In this document: one piece after another, positions 1 to 10,682 of the stretch | How positions within the stretch are numbered: the first letter of the stretch is position 1 | Layout: every line of letters starts with the position of its first letter | Source: Nitrospinales bacterium | Lineage (GTDB): Bacteria > Nitrospinota > Nitrospinia > Nitrospinales > VA-1 | Length of the DNA stretch: 64,000 nt | Direction of reading: 5' to 3' | Assembly (NCBI GenBank): GCA_965263085.1 | Contig: OZ253582.1 | Location: forward strand, 1,571,579-1,635,578 | Program-made: the position numbers and the translations under genes | Notes under the pieces: generated by a model | Databases searched by the model: none | What the model was told of the DNA's origin: nothing | The model's input: only the letters and a program-made list of their open reading frames with translations

Positions 1-1
1 A

Positions 2-127
2 ACCGGATTGGTGAAGATTCTAGGGTGTGGTGAGCTTAAGGACTCGCTAAATGTTCACGCACATAAATTCAGCGGCTCGGCGCAGGCAAAAATTGAAAAA
101 TCCGGGGGAAAGGTTGTTAACCTTTAA
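2..127 (+). CDS. rplO: 50S ribosomal protein L15, C-terminal fragment (5' end lies outside the window)
   Basis: Frame 2 reads [41 protein letters not shown], with TAA at 125-127. It sits directly before secY, matching the L15 C-terminus and the conserved rplO-secY order. Confidence 0.85.
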   Translation, partial: TGLVKILGCGELKDSLNVHAHKFSGSAQAKIEKSGGKVVNL

Positions 128-1444
128 ATGAGCGGCGCTGATAGTTTTGGCAATATTTTTCGCGTACCCGAACTGAAAAAGCGGATTCTTTTCACGCTTG
201 GGCTTATAGTTGTTTATCGGATCGGTGCTCATATCCCGACTCCCGGAATAAACTCTGTAGCACTGGCGGAACTGTTTGCTCGGGCTCAAGGTACTATCCT
301 GGGGTTTTTCGATATGTTCTCCGGTGGCGCATTGAGCCGGTTGACGATATTTGCTCTGGGCATCATGCCCTATATCAGTTCATCGATCATCCTGCAGTTG
401 ATGACGATTGTTTCTCCTTACCTGGCTAGATTGAAAAAGGAAGGGGAACAGGGACAGAAAAAAATCACCCAGTACACCCGATATGGAACGGTGGTGCTGA
501 GTACGGTTCAGGGTTCTGGAATCGCTATAGGACTCGAAGCAATGAAAAGTCCGAGCGGAGGACTGATTGTTCCGGAGCCAGGCTGGTCATTCAGAATGAT
601 GACAGTTTTAACCCTGACTGCCGGAACTTGTTTTTTGATGTGGCTTGGTGAACAGATCACCGAGCGGGGGATCGGGAATGGGATTTCCCTGATTATTTTT
701 TCCGGAATTGTCGCGGGAACTCCGGCGGCAATTTTTCAATCAATGGATTTGATGGGTACGGGCGAAATGTCGGTGCTCGTTATGTTGTTCCTTCTGGTGC
801 TGATGATCGTGGTCGTTGGAGTCATCGTTTTTACGGAAGGAGGTCAGCGCAGGATTCCGATCCAATATGCGAAACGGGTGGTGGGTCGGAAAATGATGGG
901 TGGTCAGGCAACACATTTGCCTTTGAAGGTCAATACGTCGGGAGTTATCCCGCCGATTTTTGCTTCGTCCATCATTATGTTTCCGGCGACGATTGCTCAG
1001 TTTATCAGTCATCCGTGGATGCAATCGGCTTCGGCAATGTTGACTCCCGGAACTATCGTGTACAGTCTGATTTTTGTTGGAGCGGTATTCTTCTTTTGCT
1101 ATTTTTATACGGCTGTCATTTTCAACCCGGTTGATGTGGCGGACAATATGAAAAAGCATGGAGGGTATGTGCCGGGAATCAGGCCGGGGGCCAAGACTTC
1201 CGAGTACATCGACACGATTCTTTCAAGGATCACGTTTTATGGGGCAACGTATCTTTCTTTAATCTGTATTTTGCCGGATTATTTGATAAAATACTTTAAC
1301 ATCCCGTTTTACTTTGGTGGAACAAGCTTGTTGATCGTTGTGGGTGTTTCTTTGGATACGATGCAGCAAATTGAATCCCATTTGGTCATGAGAAATTACG
1401 ATGGTTTTGTTAAAAAGGGGCGATTAAAAAGCCGAAGAGGCTGA
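128..1444 (+). CDS. secY: Preprotein translocase subunit SecY
   Basis: 438-aa polytopic membrane ORF with SecY hallmarks (LGIMPYISSSIILQL, GEQITERGIGNGISLIIF). It occupies the expected position in the spc operon. Confidence 0.97.
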   Translation: MSGADSFGNIFRVPELKKRILFTLGLIVVYRIGAHIPTPGINSVALAELFARAQGTILGFFDMFSGGALSRLTIFALGIMPYISSSIILQLMTIVSPYLARLKKEGEQGQKKITQYTRYGTVVLSTVQGSGIAIGLEAMKSPSGGLIVPEPGWSFRMMTVLTLTAGTCFLMWLGEQITERGIGNGISLIIFSGIVAGTPAAIFQSMDLMGTGEMSVLVMLFLLVLMIVVVGVIVFTEGGQRRIPIQYAKRVVGRKMMGGQATHLPLKVNTSGVIPPIFASSIIMFPATIAQFISHPWMQSASAMLTPGTIVYSLIFVGAVFFFCYFYTAVIFNPVDVADNMKKHGGYVPGIRPGAKTSEYIDTILSRITFYGATYLSLICILPDYLIKYFNIPFYFGGTSLLIVVGVSLDTMQQIESHLVMRNYDGFVKKGRLKSRRG

Positions 1445-1447
1445 TTG

Positions 1448-2089
1448 ATGAGATTGATTCTTTTAGGCCCGCCAGGAGCCGGGAAAGGCACCCAGGCTAA
1501 AATGCTTAAAGAAAAATTTCAGATTCCGCAGATATCCACCGGCGATATTTTAAGGCAGGCGGTTAAGGATAATACGGAACTGGGTATTCAGGCTAAATCG
1601 TTTATGGATGCAGGCCAGTTGGTTCCGGATGATGTGGTTATAGGTTTGATAAAAGAACGCATTAAGCGGGCCGATTGTGAAACAGGATTTATTCTGGATG
1701 GGTTTCCACGTACCATCGTTCAGGCCGAAAAGCTTTCAGAAACATTGAGCGAAATGAGCTTGGTGATCGACAGGGTGGTGGCCCTGAAAGTCGATGCCAC
1801 AGAGGTGATTGATCGGCTGACCGGACGAAGCACCTGCCCGGAATGTGGTGGCATGTTTCATGAGGAATCCCGACCTCCAAAAGTTTCGGGGGTTTGTGAC
1901 GGTTGCGGCGGTACATTGGCTCAGAGGCAGGACGATAATAAGGCAACGATTCTGAAGCGGTTGGAGGTTTATCAGGAGTCCACCGCTCCTTTAAAGCAGT
2001 TTTATCAGAAGCAGGGGAATCTGAAAACAGTAACAGCTAGAGGGTCTGCGGAAGAAATTTTTCCCCGGATTTTAGAAATGATAAAGTAA
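1448..2089 (+). CDS. adk: Adenylate kinase with a Cys4 zinc lid
   Basis: MRLILLGPPGAGKGTQ P-loop. The lid carries CPECG...CDGCGG. I prefer ATG 1448 over the TTG 1445 used in the ORF track. Confidence 0.96.
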   Translation: MRLILLGPPGAGKGTQAKMLKEKFQIPQISTGDILRQAVKDNTELGIQAKSFMDAGQLVPDDVVIGLIKERIKRADCETGFILDGFPRTIVQAEKLSETLSEMSLVIDRVVALKVDATEVIDRLTGRSTCPECGGMFHEESRPPKVSGVCDGCGGTLAQRQDDNKATILKRLEVYQESTAPLKQFYQKQGNLKTVTARGSAEEIFPRILEMIK

Positions 2090-2092
2090 CGG

Positions 2093-2311
2093 ATGTCTAA
2101 AGAAGAATCTATAGAGGTAGAAGGCACCATACTTGAGCCATTGCCGAACGCGATGTTTCGGGTAGAACTGGAAAACGGGCACAAGGTGCTGGCTCACATA
2201 TCCGGGAAAATGCGTATGCATTTTATCCGTATCCTGTCTGGAGACAAGGTGAAGGTGCAGCTTTCCCCTTATGATTTGACCCGGGGACGCATTACCTACA
2301 GGTATAAATAG
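2093..2311 (+). CDS. infA: Translation initiation factor IF-1
   Basis: 72 aa with the S1-like IF-1 sequence ([32 protein letters not shown]). Confidence 0.97.
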   Translation: MSKEESIEVEGTILEPLPNAMFRVELENGHKVLAHISGKMRMHFIRILSGDKVKVQLSPYDLTRGRITYRYK

Positions 2312-2326
2312 AAAGAGGATGGAACC

Positions 2327-2440
2327 ATGAAAGTCAGGGCATCGGTCAAGCCAATTTGTATGAAATGTAAAGTAATTCGCCGTCGCGGGGTCGTGCGGGT
2401 TATTTGTGAGAACCCGAAGCATAAGCAACGACAGGGTTAA
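2327..2440 (+). CDS. rpmJ: 50S ribosomal protein L36
   Basis: Not in the ORF track because it is under 60 aa. ATG 2327 gives [37 protein letters not shown]. It lies between infA and rpsM as expected. Confidence 0.95.
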   Translation: MKVRASVKPICMKCKVIRRRGVVRVICENPKHKQRQG

Positions 2441-2458
2441 TTTCCTAAAGGAGAAGTA

Positions 2459-2830
2459 GTGGCAAGAATAGCGGGTATAGATATTCCACAGGATAAGCAG
2501 GCAAGAATCGCTTTAACCTATATATATGGAGTGGGGCCTGCCACTTCACTGAGCATCCTGAAAAAAGCACAGGTTGGGGAAGAAGTCAGGATGAAAGACT
2601 TGACCGAAGAAGAGGTGACCCGAATCCGTAGTGTGATTGATAAAGAACATGAAGTGGAAGGTGACTTGAGACGCAATGTCTCCATGAACATCAAGCGTTT
2701 GATGGATATAGGTGCCTACAGAGGGCTTCGCCATCGTAAAGGCTTGCCAGTTAGAGGACAAAGGACACACACTAATGGTAGAACCCGAAAAGGCCCAAAG
2801 AAAACTGTGGGCGCACGAGCAAAAAAATAA
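2459..2830 (+). CDS. rpsM: 30S ribosomal protein S13
   Basis: GTG start behind AAGGAG. N-terminus [10 protein letters not shown]... and C-terminus [13 protein letters not shown]. Confidence 0.97.
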   Translation: MARIAGIDIPQDKQARIALTYIYGVGPATSLSILKKAQVGEEVRMKDLTEEEVTRIRSVIDKEHEVEGDLRRNVSMNIKRLMDIGAYRGLRHRKGLPVRGQRTHTNGRTRKGPKKTVGARAKK

Positions 2831-2842
2831 GGACGGAGACTA

Positions 2843-3232
2843 ATGGATAAGAAATCAAAAGGCGGTAAAAAAAAGCAAAAGACGGTGCCGGAAGTAGGAG
2901 TGGCTCATATTCAGGCTACGTTCAATAATACGATTGTCACCATTTCCGATATGTCCGGGAATGTGGTGTCCTGGTCCAGTGCTGGCACGCAGGGCTTTAA
3001 AGGTTCAAGAAAAAGTACCCCGTTTGCGGCGCAGGTGGCGGCCGACAAAGCCGCTATCAAAGCGCGGGATATGGGAATGAGAAAACTGGAGGTTCATGTT
3101 AAAGGTCCCGGGTCAGGACGAGAGTCCGCAATACGATCTTTGCAGGCCGCGGGAATGGAAGTTCTTGTCATTCGTGACAAAACCCCGATCCCCCATAATG
3201 GGTGCCGCCCCAGAAAACGTCGCAGGGTTTAA
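2843..3232 (+). CDS. rpsK: 30S ribosomal protein S11
   Basis: [18 protein letters not shown]...[16 protein letters not shown]. Confidence 0.97.
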   Translation: MDKKSKGGKKKQKTVPEVGVAHIQATFNNTIVTISDMSGNVVSWSSAGTQGFKGSRKSTPFAAQVAADKAAIKARDMGMRKLEVHVKGPGSGRESAIRSLQAAGMEVLVIRDKTPIPHNGCRPRKRRRV

Positions 3233-3261
3233 TTGCGTAAAACCGAAAGGAGAAGCTGAAT

Positions 3262-3888
3262 TTGGCCAGGTATACAGGTTCTGTTTGCCGACTTTGTCGG
3301 CGAGAAGGCATTAAATTATATTTAAAAGGTTCCCGTTGCGAGACGGCAAAATGCGCTATAGAAAAAAGAGCGTACCCACCAGGCCAGCATGGTCAGGGCA
3401 GGAAGAAGTTCTCGGAGTATGGTGTGCAGCTTCGTGAAAAACAAAAAGTAAAGCGGATCTATGGTGTGTTGGAAAAGCAGTTCCGTAATTACTTTTTTGC
3501 CGCAGATAAGAAAAAAGGCGTCACGGGTGAAAACCTTCTGCAAAATTTAGAGTTGCGGATGGATAATGTTATTTACAGGATGGGACTGGCTTCATCCAGA
3601 AGCACAGCCCGCCAGTTGGTTCGGCACGGCCACTTTACCGTTAATGGGAAAAAGATGGATATCCCTTCCTATGCTCTTGGGCAGGGAGATACTATAGCCC
3701 TGAATCCCAATAAGGTGAAAAAAGCACCGGTTAAAAATGCGATTGAGAATATTAAGGAAAAAACCTTACCGGATTGGCTGTCGTTTGATGCGGATAGCAA
3801 GCAGGGTATTGTTCAGGCCTTGCCTACAAGAGAGCATGTAACTATGCCGATTGAGGAGCAGTTGATCGTCGAGCTCTACTCGCGCTAA
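3262..3888 (+). CDS. rpsD: 30S ribosomal protein S4
   Basis: TTG start behind [22 protein letters not shown] zinc-ribbon-like N-terminus followed by an S4 domain. Confidence 0.96.
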   Translation: MARYTGSVCRLCRREGIKLYLKGSRCETAKCAIEKRAYPPGQHGQGRKKFSEYGVQLREKQKVKRIYGVLEKQFRNYFFAADKKKGVTGENLLQNLELRMDNVIYRMGLASSRSTARQLVRHGHFTVNGKKMDIPSYALGQGDTIALNPNKVKKAPVKNAIENIKEKTLPDWLSFDADSKQGIVQALPTREHVTMPIEEQLIVELYSR

Positions 3889-3964
3889 AACTGGACCCAG
3901 ATCGATTGTCAAAAGAAACTTATTAAAAACTGTTTAAGACCCTAATAAAGAGGTCGGAGGCTTC

Positions 3965-4987
3965 ATGTTCACAGCCCAGGGAATTGTTAAACCCAAACGA
4001 TTAGAATTTGATAAGAAAAACAAGTCGGAATACTACGGTAAACTCAGCGCGGGTCCTTTTGAACGCGGATATGGAGCGACCATTGGCAACTCCCTGCGAA
4101 GGATGCTGTTATCATCCATTGAAGGGGCCGCCATTGTAGCCGTAAAGTTTGAGGGAATTTTTCACGAGTTTTCTTCTATTCCAGGTGTGGTTGAAGATGT
4201 TACGGAAATCATTCTCAACCTCAAACAGGTCAACCTCAAGTTGATCGGCGAAGCGGACTCTAAACGGATTTATATCAAAGCCTCGCAACCGGGCGTAGTT
4301 TGCGCTAAAGACATCAATGTTGACCCGGATGTGGAGGTGCTGAACCCTGATCTTCCTATTCTTACCATTGACCAGAATGGCGAGGTGGAAATAGAGATGA
4401 TTGTGAGAAAAGGCCGCGGCTATGTTCCTGCTGACCGGCACAATATTGAAAATGAATCTGTGCAGATGATCCCTGTGGATTCCAGTTTTTCCCCGATCGA
4501 AAAAATCACTTATCATATAGAGAATACCCGAGTCGGGCAATCGACGGATTATGATTCTCTGGTCATGGAATTGTGGACCAATGGAGGCATCACGCCTGAA
4601 GATGCGGTGGCGCATGCCGCCAAGATCGTTAAAGATCATATGCAGATCTTCATCAATTTTGATGAAGAACCGGAACAGGTACAACCCCAGGTCGATGAGA
4701 AAAAACAAAAAGTACTGGCAAATATGACCAAATGTGTGGAAGAGCTTGAGCTATCGGTGCGCTCCTACAATTGCCTTAAAAATGCTAATATTGAGACCAT
4801 TGCCGAACTGGTTCAAAAAACCGATGGCGAAATGCTGAAAACGAGAAACTTTGGCCGCAAATCGCTGAATGAAATTAAAGAAATCCTGGAGGAAATGGGG
4901 CTTCATTTGGGAATGAAAGTGGATGAAGAGGATCTCAAACAGATCGCCCAGGCGCAGAAGAAAAAGGAACTAGATACTGAAAGCTGA
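3965..4987 (+). CDS. rpoA: DNA-directed RNA polymerase subunit alpha
   Basis: 340 aa with an NTD (GYGATIGNSLRRMLLSSIEGAA) and a CTD (ELELSVRSYNCLKNANIETIAELV). Confidence 0.97.
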   Translation: MFTAQGIVKPKRLEFDKKNKSEYYGKLSAGPFERGYGATIGNSLRRMLLSSIEGAAIVAVKFEGIFHEFSSIPGVVEDVTEIILNLKQVNLKLIGEADSKRIYIKASQPGVVCAKDINVDPDVEVLNPDLPILTIDQNGEVEIEMIVRKGRGYVPADRHNIENESVQMIPVDSSFSPIEKITYHIENTRVGQSTDYDSLVMELWTNGGITPEDAVAHAAKIVKDHMQIFINFDEEPEQVQPQVDEKKQKVLANMTKCVEELELSVRSYNCLKNANIETIAELVQKTDGEMLKTRNFGRKSLNEIKEILEEMGLHLGMKVDEEDLKQIAQAQKKKELDTES

Positions 4988-5036
4988 GATGTAGCAGTCC
5001 TGCTCGGTGAAGTCATAACAGGAGCGATAGATAACC

Positions 5037-5531
5037 ATGCGGCATTTAAAAGCAGGTAGAAAATTCGGACGAACCTCTGCTCATCGGAAAGCGTTGTTCA
5101 GAAATCTTGTTGGGGCTCTTATTCAAAGAGAGCGCATCAGCACGACTTTGGCTAAAGCTAAAGAACTGCGGAGCAAGGTGGAAAAAACGATCACGCTGGG
5201 TAAAAGAGGTACACTTCATGCTCGGCGCCAGGCTTTCAAGCTGGTTCCTGCTAAAGATGCTGTGCAAAAGGTGTTTGGCCCACTGGCGGAGCGTTATGCT
5301 AATCGCCCCGGTGGCTATACCCGCGTCATCCGTATTGGTCACCGCAAAGGAGACGATGCGCCCATAGCATTTATTGAACTGGTAGACCGCGAAGGCGAGG
5401 CAAAACCTCCTGCCAAGACCGCGCCGAAAAAAGTGGCGAAAGACGACAAGCCAAAAGTAACAGAAAAGAAGGAAGCCGCGCCTACAGAAACGGCTAAAAA
5501 AGACGAACCGAAAGATAAAGACAAGAAGTAG
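5037..5531 (+). CDS. rplQ: 50S ribosomal protein L17 with a Lys/Pro/Ala/Glu-rich C-terminal extension
   Basis: [24 protein letters not shown] core, followed by a low-complexity tail of about 45 aa ([18 protein letters not shown]...). Confidence 0.95.
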   Translation: MRHLKAGRKFGRTSAHRKALFRNLVGALIQRERISTTLAKAKELRSKVEKTITLGKRGTLHARRQAFKLVPAKDAVQKVFGPLAERYANRPGGYTRVIRIGHRKGDDAPIAFIELVDREGEAKPPAKTAPKKVAKDDKPKVTEKKEAAPTETAKKDEPKDKDKK

Positions 5532-5597
5532 CTCCTGCCGATTGCCCCGCAAGGGTATAAAAAAGACATCGCGATTTATCCGGTCGAGATTCCCCAC

Positions 5598-6017
5598 CTA
5601 CAGACAGTTAGGGGGTACTCCTGTTGGGCCTTGTTTGAACCTGAACTTCGTGTTTTCCTTAACATAAATCAAAAGTTCGTCATAACTCTTGAAATGTTCG
5701 GTGAAGCCGTAATCGTCGCCGGTATATTCGCACGACTCTGTACTGTGTTCGCGGCACATATAAGGCCGATGGTCATAGATGGCACACTTGTTGTCCGGCA
5801 TTAAAAAATTACAGCGGTTGTGGATCATGATGTACCAGTCTTTTCGATAGATATAAATCGAAACGTTTTCGTGCGCGATCTTCCATAATAAACTTTCATA
5901 ATCACGCCGGTCTTCAGGTTCATCAATCCCAAACGCAAAATAATTACAACAATAAGCCGGAAGGCATTTTTCGCACTGGCTGGTGTCGTCTCGTTTGCTT
6001 TTTGTCTTTTTTGCCAT
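5598..6017 (-). CDS. YkgJ-family (UPF0153) cysteine-cluster protein
   Basis: CEKCLPAYCC near the N-terminus and CAIYDHRPYMCREH near the C-terminus fit the YkgJ Zn/Fe-chelating pattern. I prefer ATG 6017 (MAKKTKSK) to the track start at 6086. Confidence 0.7.
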   Translation of the reverse strand: MAKKTKSKRDDTSQCEKCLPAYCCNYFAFGIDEPEDRRDYESLLWKIAHENVSIYIYRKDWYIMIHNRCNFLMPDNKCAIYDHRPYMCREHSTESCEYTGDDYGFTEHFKSYDELLIYVKENTKFRFKQGPTGVPPNCL

Positions 6018-6442
6018 GAATGAATCCTTACTGGGTTGAAAATAAATTAGTGGAGAAAAGCGAATCCGGTTTTCAGGGAGATTCAATGAACGGCTATTTT
6101 GCCTGTCCGGCTTTGCAGAGTCAACCCACCACTCGCCGTAGAGGCAGATAAAGCTATTACCCCACTGAGAACAATGATTTAATTTTTTTAGTTGGGGCGC
6201 AAACTTGTTACAAACTATAATATATCAATAGTTTCTACCTGCAAATCTTTTACAAAAAAAGTGGTGCAGACCCGAAGAGTTTAAGTTAAACCATGGGGAG
6301 ATACTCATGTTCTAACAAGAGCGGAAGGTTCGGGTCTATGAGGTCATGGTCAAGGACGAAAGAAATACTTTGCAAGCAGAAAAATATTTCAACAACAAAT
6401 AGAGCAAGCACAGGAAATGGCAAGAAACTGGAGACCTGAAAA

Positions 6443-7562
6443 ATGAATAGAGCACTCACATTCTTACTCTCATTCACTTTTCTGCTTTTGTTTAGTGGTT
6501 CTGTTTATGGGGATGACTTCCAGGATGGATCGGAAGCATACGACAGGGGAGACTACAAAGAAGCATTCAGATTGTTGCGTCTTTCCGCCGAACAGGGAAA
6601 TGCATCAGCGCAATCCAACTTGGCTATAATGTATGGAGAAGGACAAGGAGTTCCACAGGATGACCAAGAAGCAGCCAGATTGTTGCGTCTTGCCGCCGAA
6701 CAGGGATATGCAGGTGCACAATTCAACTTGGGACAAATGTATCGAGAAGGACAAGGAGTTTCACAGGATCATAAGGAAGCAGTCAGGCTATATCGTCTTT
6801 CCGCCACAGGGACATACATTAGCACAATACAACTTGGGTTTGATGTATAGACAGGGAGAAGGAGTTCCACAAGACGACAAAGAAGCAGTCAGGTTGTTTC
6901 GTCTTTCCGCCGAACAGGGATATGTATTAGCGCAACACAACTTGGGTGTGATGTATGCAGAAGGACAAGGAGTTCCACGAGACTATAAGGAAGCCGTCAA
7001 GTGGTTTCGTCTTTCCGCCGAACAGGGACATGCATTAGCACAACACAACTTGGGTGTGATGTATGCAGAAGGACAAGGAGTTCCACGAGACTATAAGGAA
7101 GCCGTCAAGTGGTTTCGTCTTGCCGCGGAACAGGGATATGCATTAGCACAATACAACTTGGGTGTGATGTATGCAGAAGGACAAGGAGTTCCACGAGATT
7201 ATAAGGAAGCCGTCAGGTTGTTTCGTCTTTCCGCCGAACAGGGAAATGCATCAGCACAACACAACTTGGGTGCGATGTATGGAGAAGGAAAAGGAGTTCG
7301 ACAGGATTATAAGGAAGCAGCCAGATTGTTTCGTCTTTCCGCCGAACAGGGATATGCATTAGCACAATACAACTTGGGTATGATGTATGCAAACGGACTA
7401 GGAGTTCCACAAGACGACAAAGAAGCAGCCAGGTTGTTTGGTCTTGCCGCCGAACAGGGGTATGCACGAGGACAATACAACTTGGGTGCGATGGTGATGT
7501 GTTTACTGGTAATAATTATAATCATATGGTTTATTAAGGGCAGAGTGAGTAATAAAACCTAG
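6443..7562 (+). pseudogene. Sel1-repeat (TPR-like) protein with a signal peptide and a C-terminal TM anchor, frameshifted by a 2-nt deletion near 6805/6806
   Basis: ORF 6443-6850 (signal peptide MNRALTFLLSFTFLLLFSGSVYG plus Sel1 units) and ORF 6633-7562 carry the same repeat in different frames. At 6801-6811 the sequence reads ccgccacaggg, where every other unit reads ccgccgaacaggg. Confidence 0.75.
6536..7492 (+). repeat. About 8.5 tandem 108-bp (36-aa Sel1) units, several nearly identical at the DNA level
   Basis: The unit AEQGxxxAQxNLGxMYxxGxGVPxDxKEAxxxFRLx recurs every 108 nt. Units around 6941-7026 and 7049-7134 are almost base-identical. Boundaries are approximate. Confidence 0.85.
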
Positions 7563-7808
7563 GTTACCAGTGTTTTTAAAAGATGTAATACAAAAAAAAA
7601 CACCTTTCCATGAGTTACAGGTCTACCACAAAACATTTAAAAGCAATAAGTTACATGTACAAAGCGATTGGCTGGAATTTAAAAGACGAATAAAAAACAA
7701 AAATTAAGGGTGGTAAGAACCCACAGGTCACGGGCTTGAGGTTTTCGTGTTGAGGGGTGGTTTGTTTGTGCGACCTGACCACGAATGGAACATTGCGGAT
7801 AAAAGGAG

Positions 7809-7837
7809 TTGACAAAAAGCAGAGAACTAAATACAGT
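7809..7837 (+). promoter_or_regulatory. Candidate sigma70 promoter for rho
   Basis: TTGACA (7809-7814), a 17-nt spacer, then TACAGT (7832-7837). This would give a leader of about 210 nt before rho ATG 8050. Confidence 0.35.
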
Positions 7838-8049
7838 GATTAGGCTCCTAGAAAAAATCCCTGATAAAACCAGTCAATCACCCAGTTGAATTTTTTCGTG
7901 CTTTCGCTGTTAATCATAGAACAAACTCTGCAACCCTGATACCCCAACTATTATTGAATCTTTCCCCGTCTTTGAATCTGAGCATCATCACAAGGGCGTA
8001 ATTTTTATAAGAAAATCATTCCTAACCCCCCTCAAAGAAGCCACAAACC

Positions 8050-9309
8050 ATGACCCAGATGAACATAGAGGAACTCAAGTCTAAAACTATATCCGAACTC
8101 ACAAGCATTGCCAAGGAACTGAAGATTCAGGGCCACAGCGGGCTTAGAAAACAGGACCTGATTTTCAGGATTCTGGAAGCCAAGACCGAAAAGGATGGTC
8201 TGATGTTTGGCCAGGGGGTTCTGGAGATTCTTCCTGATGGATTTGGTTTCCTTCGGGCGCCGACTTACAACTATCTTCCGGGCCCTGATGATATTTATGT
8301 TTCGCCATCGCAGATTCGCAAGTTTGATATGCGTACCGGCGATACCATTTCCGGCCAGATTCGTCCGCCCAAGGACAGCGAACGTTATTTTGCCCTGTTG
8401 AAGGTGGAGGCGATTAACTTTGAGAATCCGGATAAGACCAAGGACAAAATTTTATTCGACAATCTGACGCCGTTGTATCCCGAAGAACGGATTCGTCTGG
8501 AGACACCAGGCGGTAAAGACTACAGTGCACGGGTTATGGACCTGATGACCCCTATTGGCAAAGGCCAGCGCGGGTTGATTGTGGCGCCTCCAAGGACTGG
8601 AAAAACCATGTTGTTGCAGTCCGTTGCCAATAGCATCAGCGTCAATTTCCCGGAAATAGCGTTGATTGTACTGCTTATTGACGAGAGACCGGAAGAAGTA
8701 ACAGATATGGAACGTTCGGTTCGGGGCGAGGTCATCAGTTCCACTTTTGACGAACCGGCGCAAAGGCATGTGCAGGTTGCTGAAATGGTGATTGAAAAAG
8801 CCAAGCGGCTGGTAGAGCACAAACGGGATGTAGTCATTCTGCTCGACAGCATCACCCGTTTGGCACGGGCTTACAACGCCATTGTTCCTCCCAGTGGCAA
8901 AGTTTTGTCGGGGGGTGTGGATTCCAATGCTCTGCAAAGACCCAAGCGATTTTTTGGTGCCGCCCGAAACCTGGAGGAAGGTGGTAGCCTGACTATCATC
9001 GCCACGGCGCTTATTGACACGGGAAGTCGCATGGACGATGTTATTTTTGAAGAATTTAAAGGAACGGGTAATCTGGAAATTGTCCTCGATCGCAAGCTGG
9101 CAGACAAGAGAACCTTTCCTTCGATCGATATCAACCGTTCTGGAACCCGAAAAGAAGAGCTTCTTCTGCCCGCAGAAGACCTCCAGCGTGTCTGGCTATT
9201 GAGAAAAGTTTTGATCCCTATGGGTATCCATGATACGATGGACCTTCTCTTACAGAAGATTAAAGAAACCAAAACCAACGCCGAATTTCTGGCGACTATG
9301 AACTCCTGA
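8050..9309 (+). CDS. rho: Transcription termination factor Rho
   Basis: 419 aa with an N-terminal RNA-binding domain (GFGFLR) and a Walker A motif (APPRTGKT). Confidence 0.97.
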   Translation: MTQMNIEELKSKTISELTSIAKELKIQGHSGLRKQDLIFRILEAKTEKDGLMFGQGVLEILPDGFGFLRAPTYNYLPGPDDIYVSPSQIRKFDMRTGDTISGQIRPPKDSERYFALLKVEAINFENPDKTKDKILFDNLTPLYPEERIRLETPGGKDYSARVMDLMTPIGKGQRGLIVAPPRTGKTMLLQSVANSISVNFPEIALIVLLIDERPEEVTDMERSVRGEVISSTFDEPAQRHVQVAEMVIEKAKRLVEHKRDVVILLDSITRLARAYNAIVPPSGKVLSGGVDSNALQRPKRFFGAARNLEEGGSLTIIATALIDTGSRMDDVIFEEFKGTGNLEIVLDRKLADKRTFPSIDINRSGTRKEELLLPAEDLQRVWLLRKVLIPMGIHDTMDLLLQKIKETKTNAEFLATMNS

Positions 9310-9319
9310 CGGTGAGATA

Positions 9320-9556
9320 ATGAAAGACGGCATTCACCCTGAATATTATGAGACCACGGTGCGGTGTGCCTGTGGAAGCGAAGTGCGGACCCGTACAACT
9401 CTGAAAGATCTTCATGTGGAGATATGTTCCATGTGTCACCCCTTTTTTACGGGAAAACAGAAGCTCATGGATACGGCCGGTCGCATTGAAAAATTCAAAC
9501 GCAAATACGCCAAGGCGAAGCCTGTGGGCATTCAGGAGCCAGCCGGTCCCCAATAA
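9320..9556 (+). CDS. rpmE: 50S ribosomal protein L31 (partial zinc-ribbon type)
   Basis: [21 protein letters not shown]...[13 protein letters not shown]. Confidence 0.95.
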   Translation: MKDGIHPEYYETTVRCACGSEVRTRTTLKDLHVEICSMCHPFFTGKQKLMDTAGRIEKFKRKYAKAKPVGIQEPAGPQ

Positions 9557-9581
9557 GCACGTTCATCTTCTTTCCCCTCGT

Positions 9582-9602
9582 CCCCGGTCCCCACGGGGTT
9601 TT
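9582..9602 (+). terminator. Weak hairpin plus T4 between rpmE and prfA
   Basis: CCCCG-gtcccca-CGGGG followed by TTTT. The stem is short, so this may be only a partial terminator or attenuator. Confidence 0.3.
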
Positions 9603-9616
9603 CCTAGAAACCACTC

Positions 9617-10681
9617 ATGTTTGATAAGCTGAAATCGGTTGAGAAACGTTATAACGATCTCAACCAGTTGCTCAGTGATCCTAAAATCATTTCCCAGCAG
9701 TCTGAGTTTCAGAAGTATGCACGGGAACAATCTGAACTGAGTCCCATCGTCGACCGATTTCAGGACTGGCAGAAGATCAGCCGACAGTTGGAGGAAAGTA
9801 AAAAAATCCTGGACGAAGAAAAGGATCCTGAATTGATTGAAATGGCCCGGGAAGATATGGCTAACCTGGAAACCCAAAAACAGCAAGCGGTAGAAGAGCT
9901 GAAAATTCTTTTGCTTCCTAAAGACCCTCGCGATGAGCGCAACGTTATCATGGAGATTCGTGCTGGTACAGGGGGTGAAGAGGCGGCACTTTTTTCAAAC
10001 GATTTGTTCCGCATGTATTCAAGGTATGCTGAGGAGAAAAAATGGCAGGTGGAAATTTTAAGTTCCAGCCTGACTGGCAAGGGAGGATTCAAAGAAGTCA
10101 TTTTCAGCATTTCGGGAAAAGGAGCCTATAGCAAGCTGAAATACGAGGGGGGTATTCATCGGGTACAGCGGGTTCCGGATACAGAAAGCCAGGGGCGCAT
10201 CCATACCTCTGCGGTGACGGTTGCGGTTTTGCCGGAGGTAGAGGATGTGGATATCAAAATTAATCCGGTGGATATAAAAATTGATGTCTATCGTTCATCC
10301 GGGCCTGGCGGGCAGAGCGTCAACACAACAGATTCGGCGGTCCGCTTGACTTACATCCCGACCGGAATGATAGTGACCTGTCAGGACGAAAAGTCGCAAC
10401 ATAAGAATCGGGAAAAAGCCATGAAGGTTTTAAGAGCCCGGCTGTATGACGAGGAGCAAAGAAAGCAACAGGAATCCATGGCCAGCGACCGCAAACAGCA
10501 GGTTGGTTCCGGCGACCGCAGTGGACGCATCCGCACTTATAATTACCCGCAAGAGCGGGTGACCGACCATAGGATTGGCCTGACTCTGCATAAGCTGTCT
10601 TTAGTGATGCAGGGAGATCTTATTGAGATCATTGACGCGTTAACGCTTCACTTCCAGACACAGGCTCTGAAAGGAGGGTAA
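9617..10681 (+). CDS. prfA: Peptide chain release factor 1
   Basis: [18 protein letters not shown] (RF1-type PxT region) and a [12 protein letters not shown] motif. Confidence 0.95.
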   Translation: MFDKLKSVEKRYNDLNQLLSDPKIISQQSEFQKYAREQSELSPIVDRFQDWQKISRQLEESKKILDEEKDPELIEMAREDMANLETQKQQAVEELKILLLPKDPRDERNVIMEIRAGTGGEEAALFSNDLFRMYSRYAEEKKWQVEILSSSLTGKGGFKEVIFSISGKGAYSKLKYEGGIHRVQRVPDTESQGRIHTSAVTVAVLPEVEDVDIKINPVDIKIDVYRSSGPGGQSVNTTDSAVRLTYIPTGMIVTCQDEKSQHKNREKAMKVLRARLYDEEQRKQQESMASDRKQQVGSGDRSGRIRTYNYPQERVTDHRIGLTLHKLSLVMQGDLIEIIDALTLHFQTQALKGG

Positions 10682-10682
10682 A

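Noticed and set aside
47-289. An 80-aa minus-strand ORF at the window start
   Set aside because: It overlaps the rplO end and the secY start on the opposite strand and has no supporting signal.
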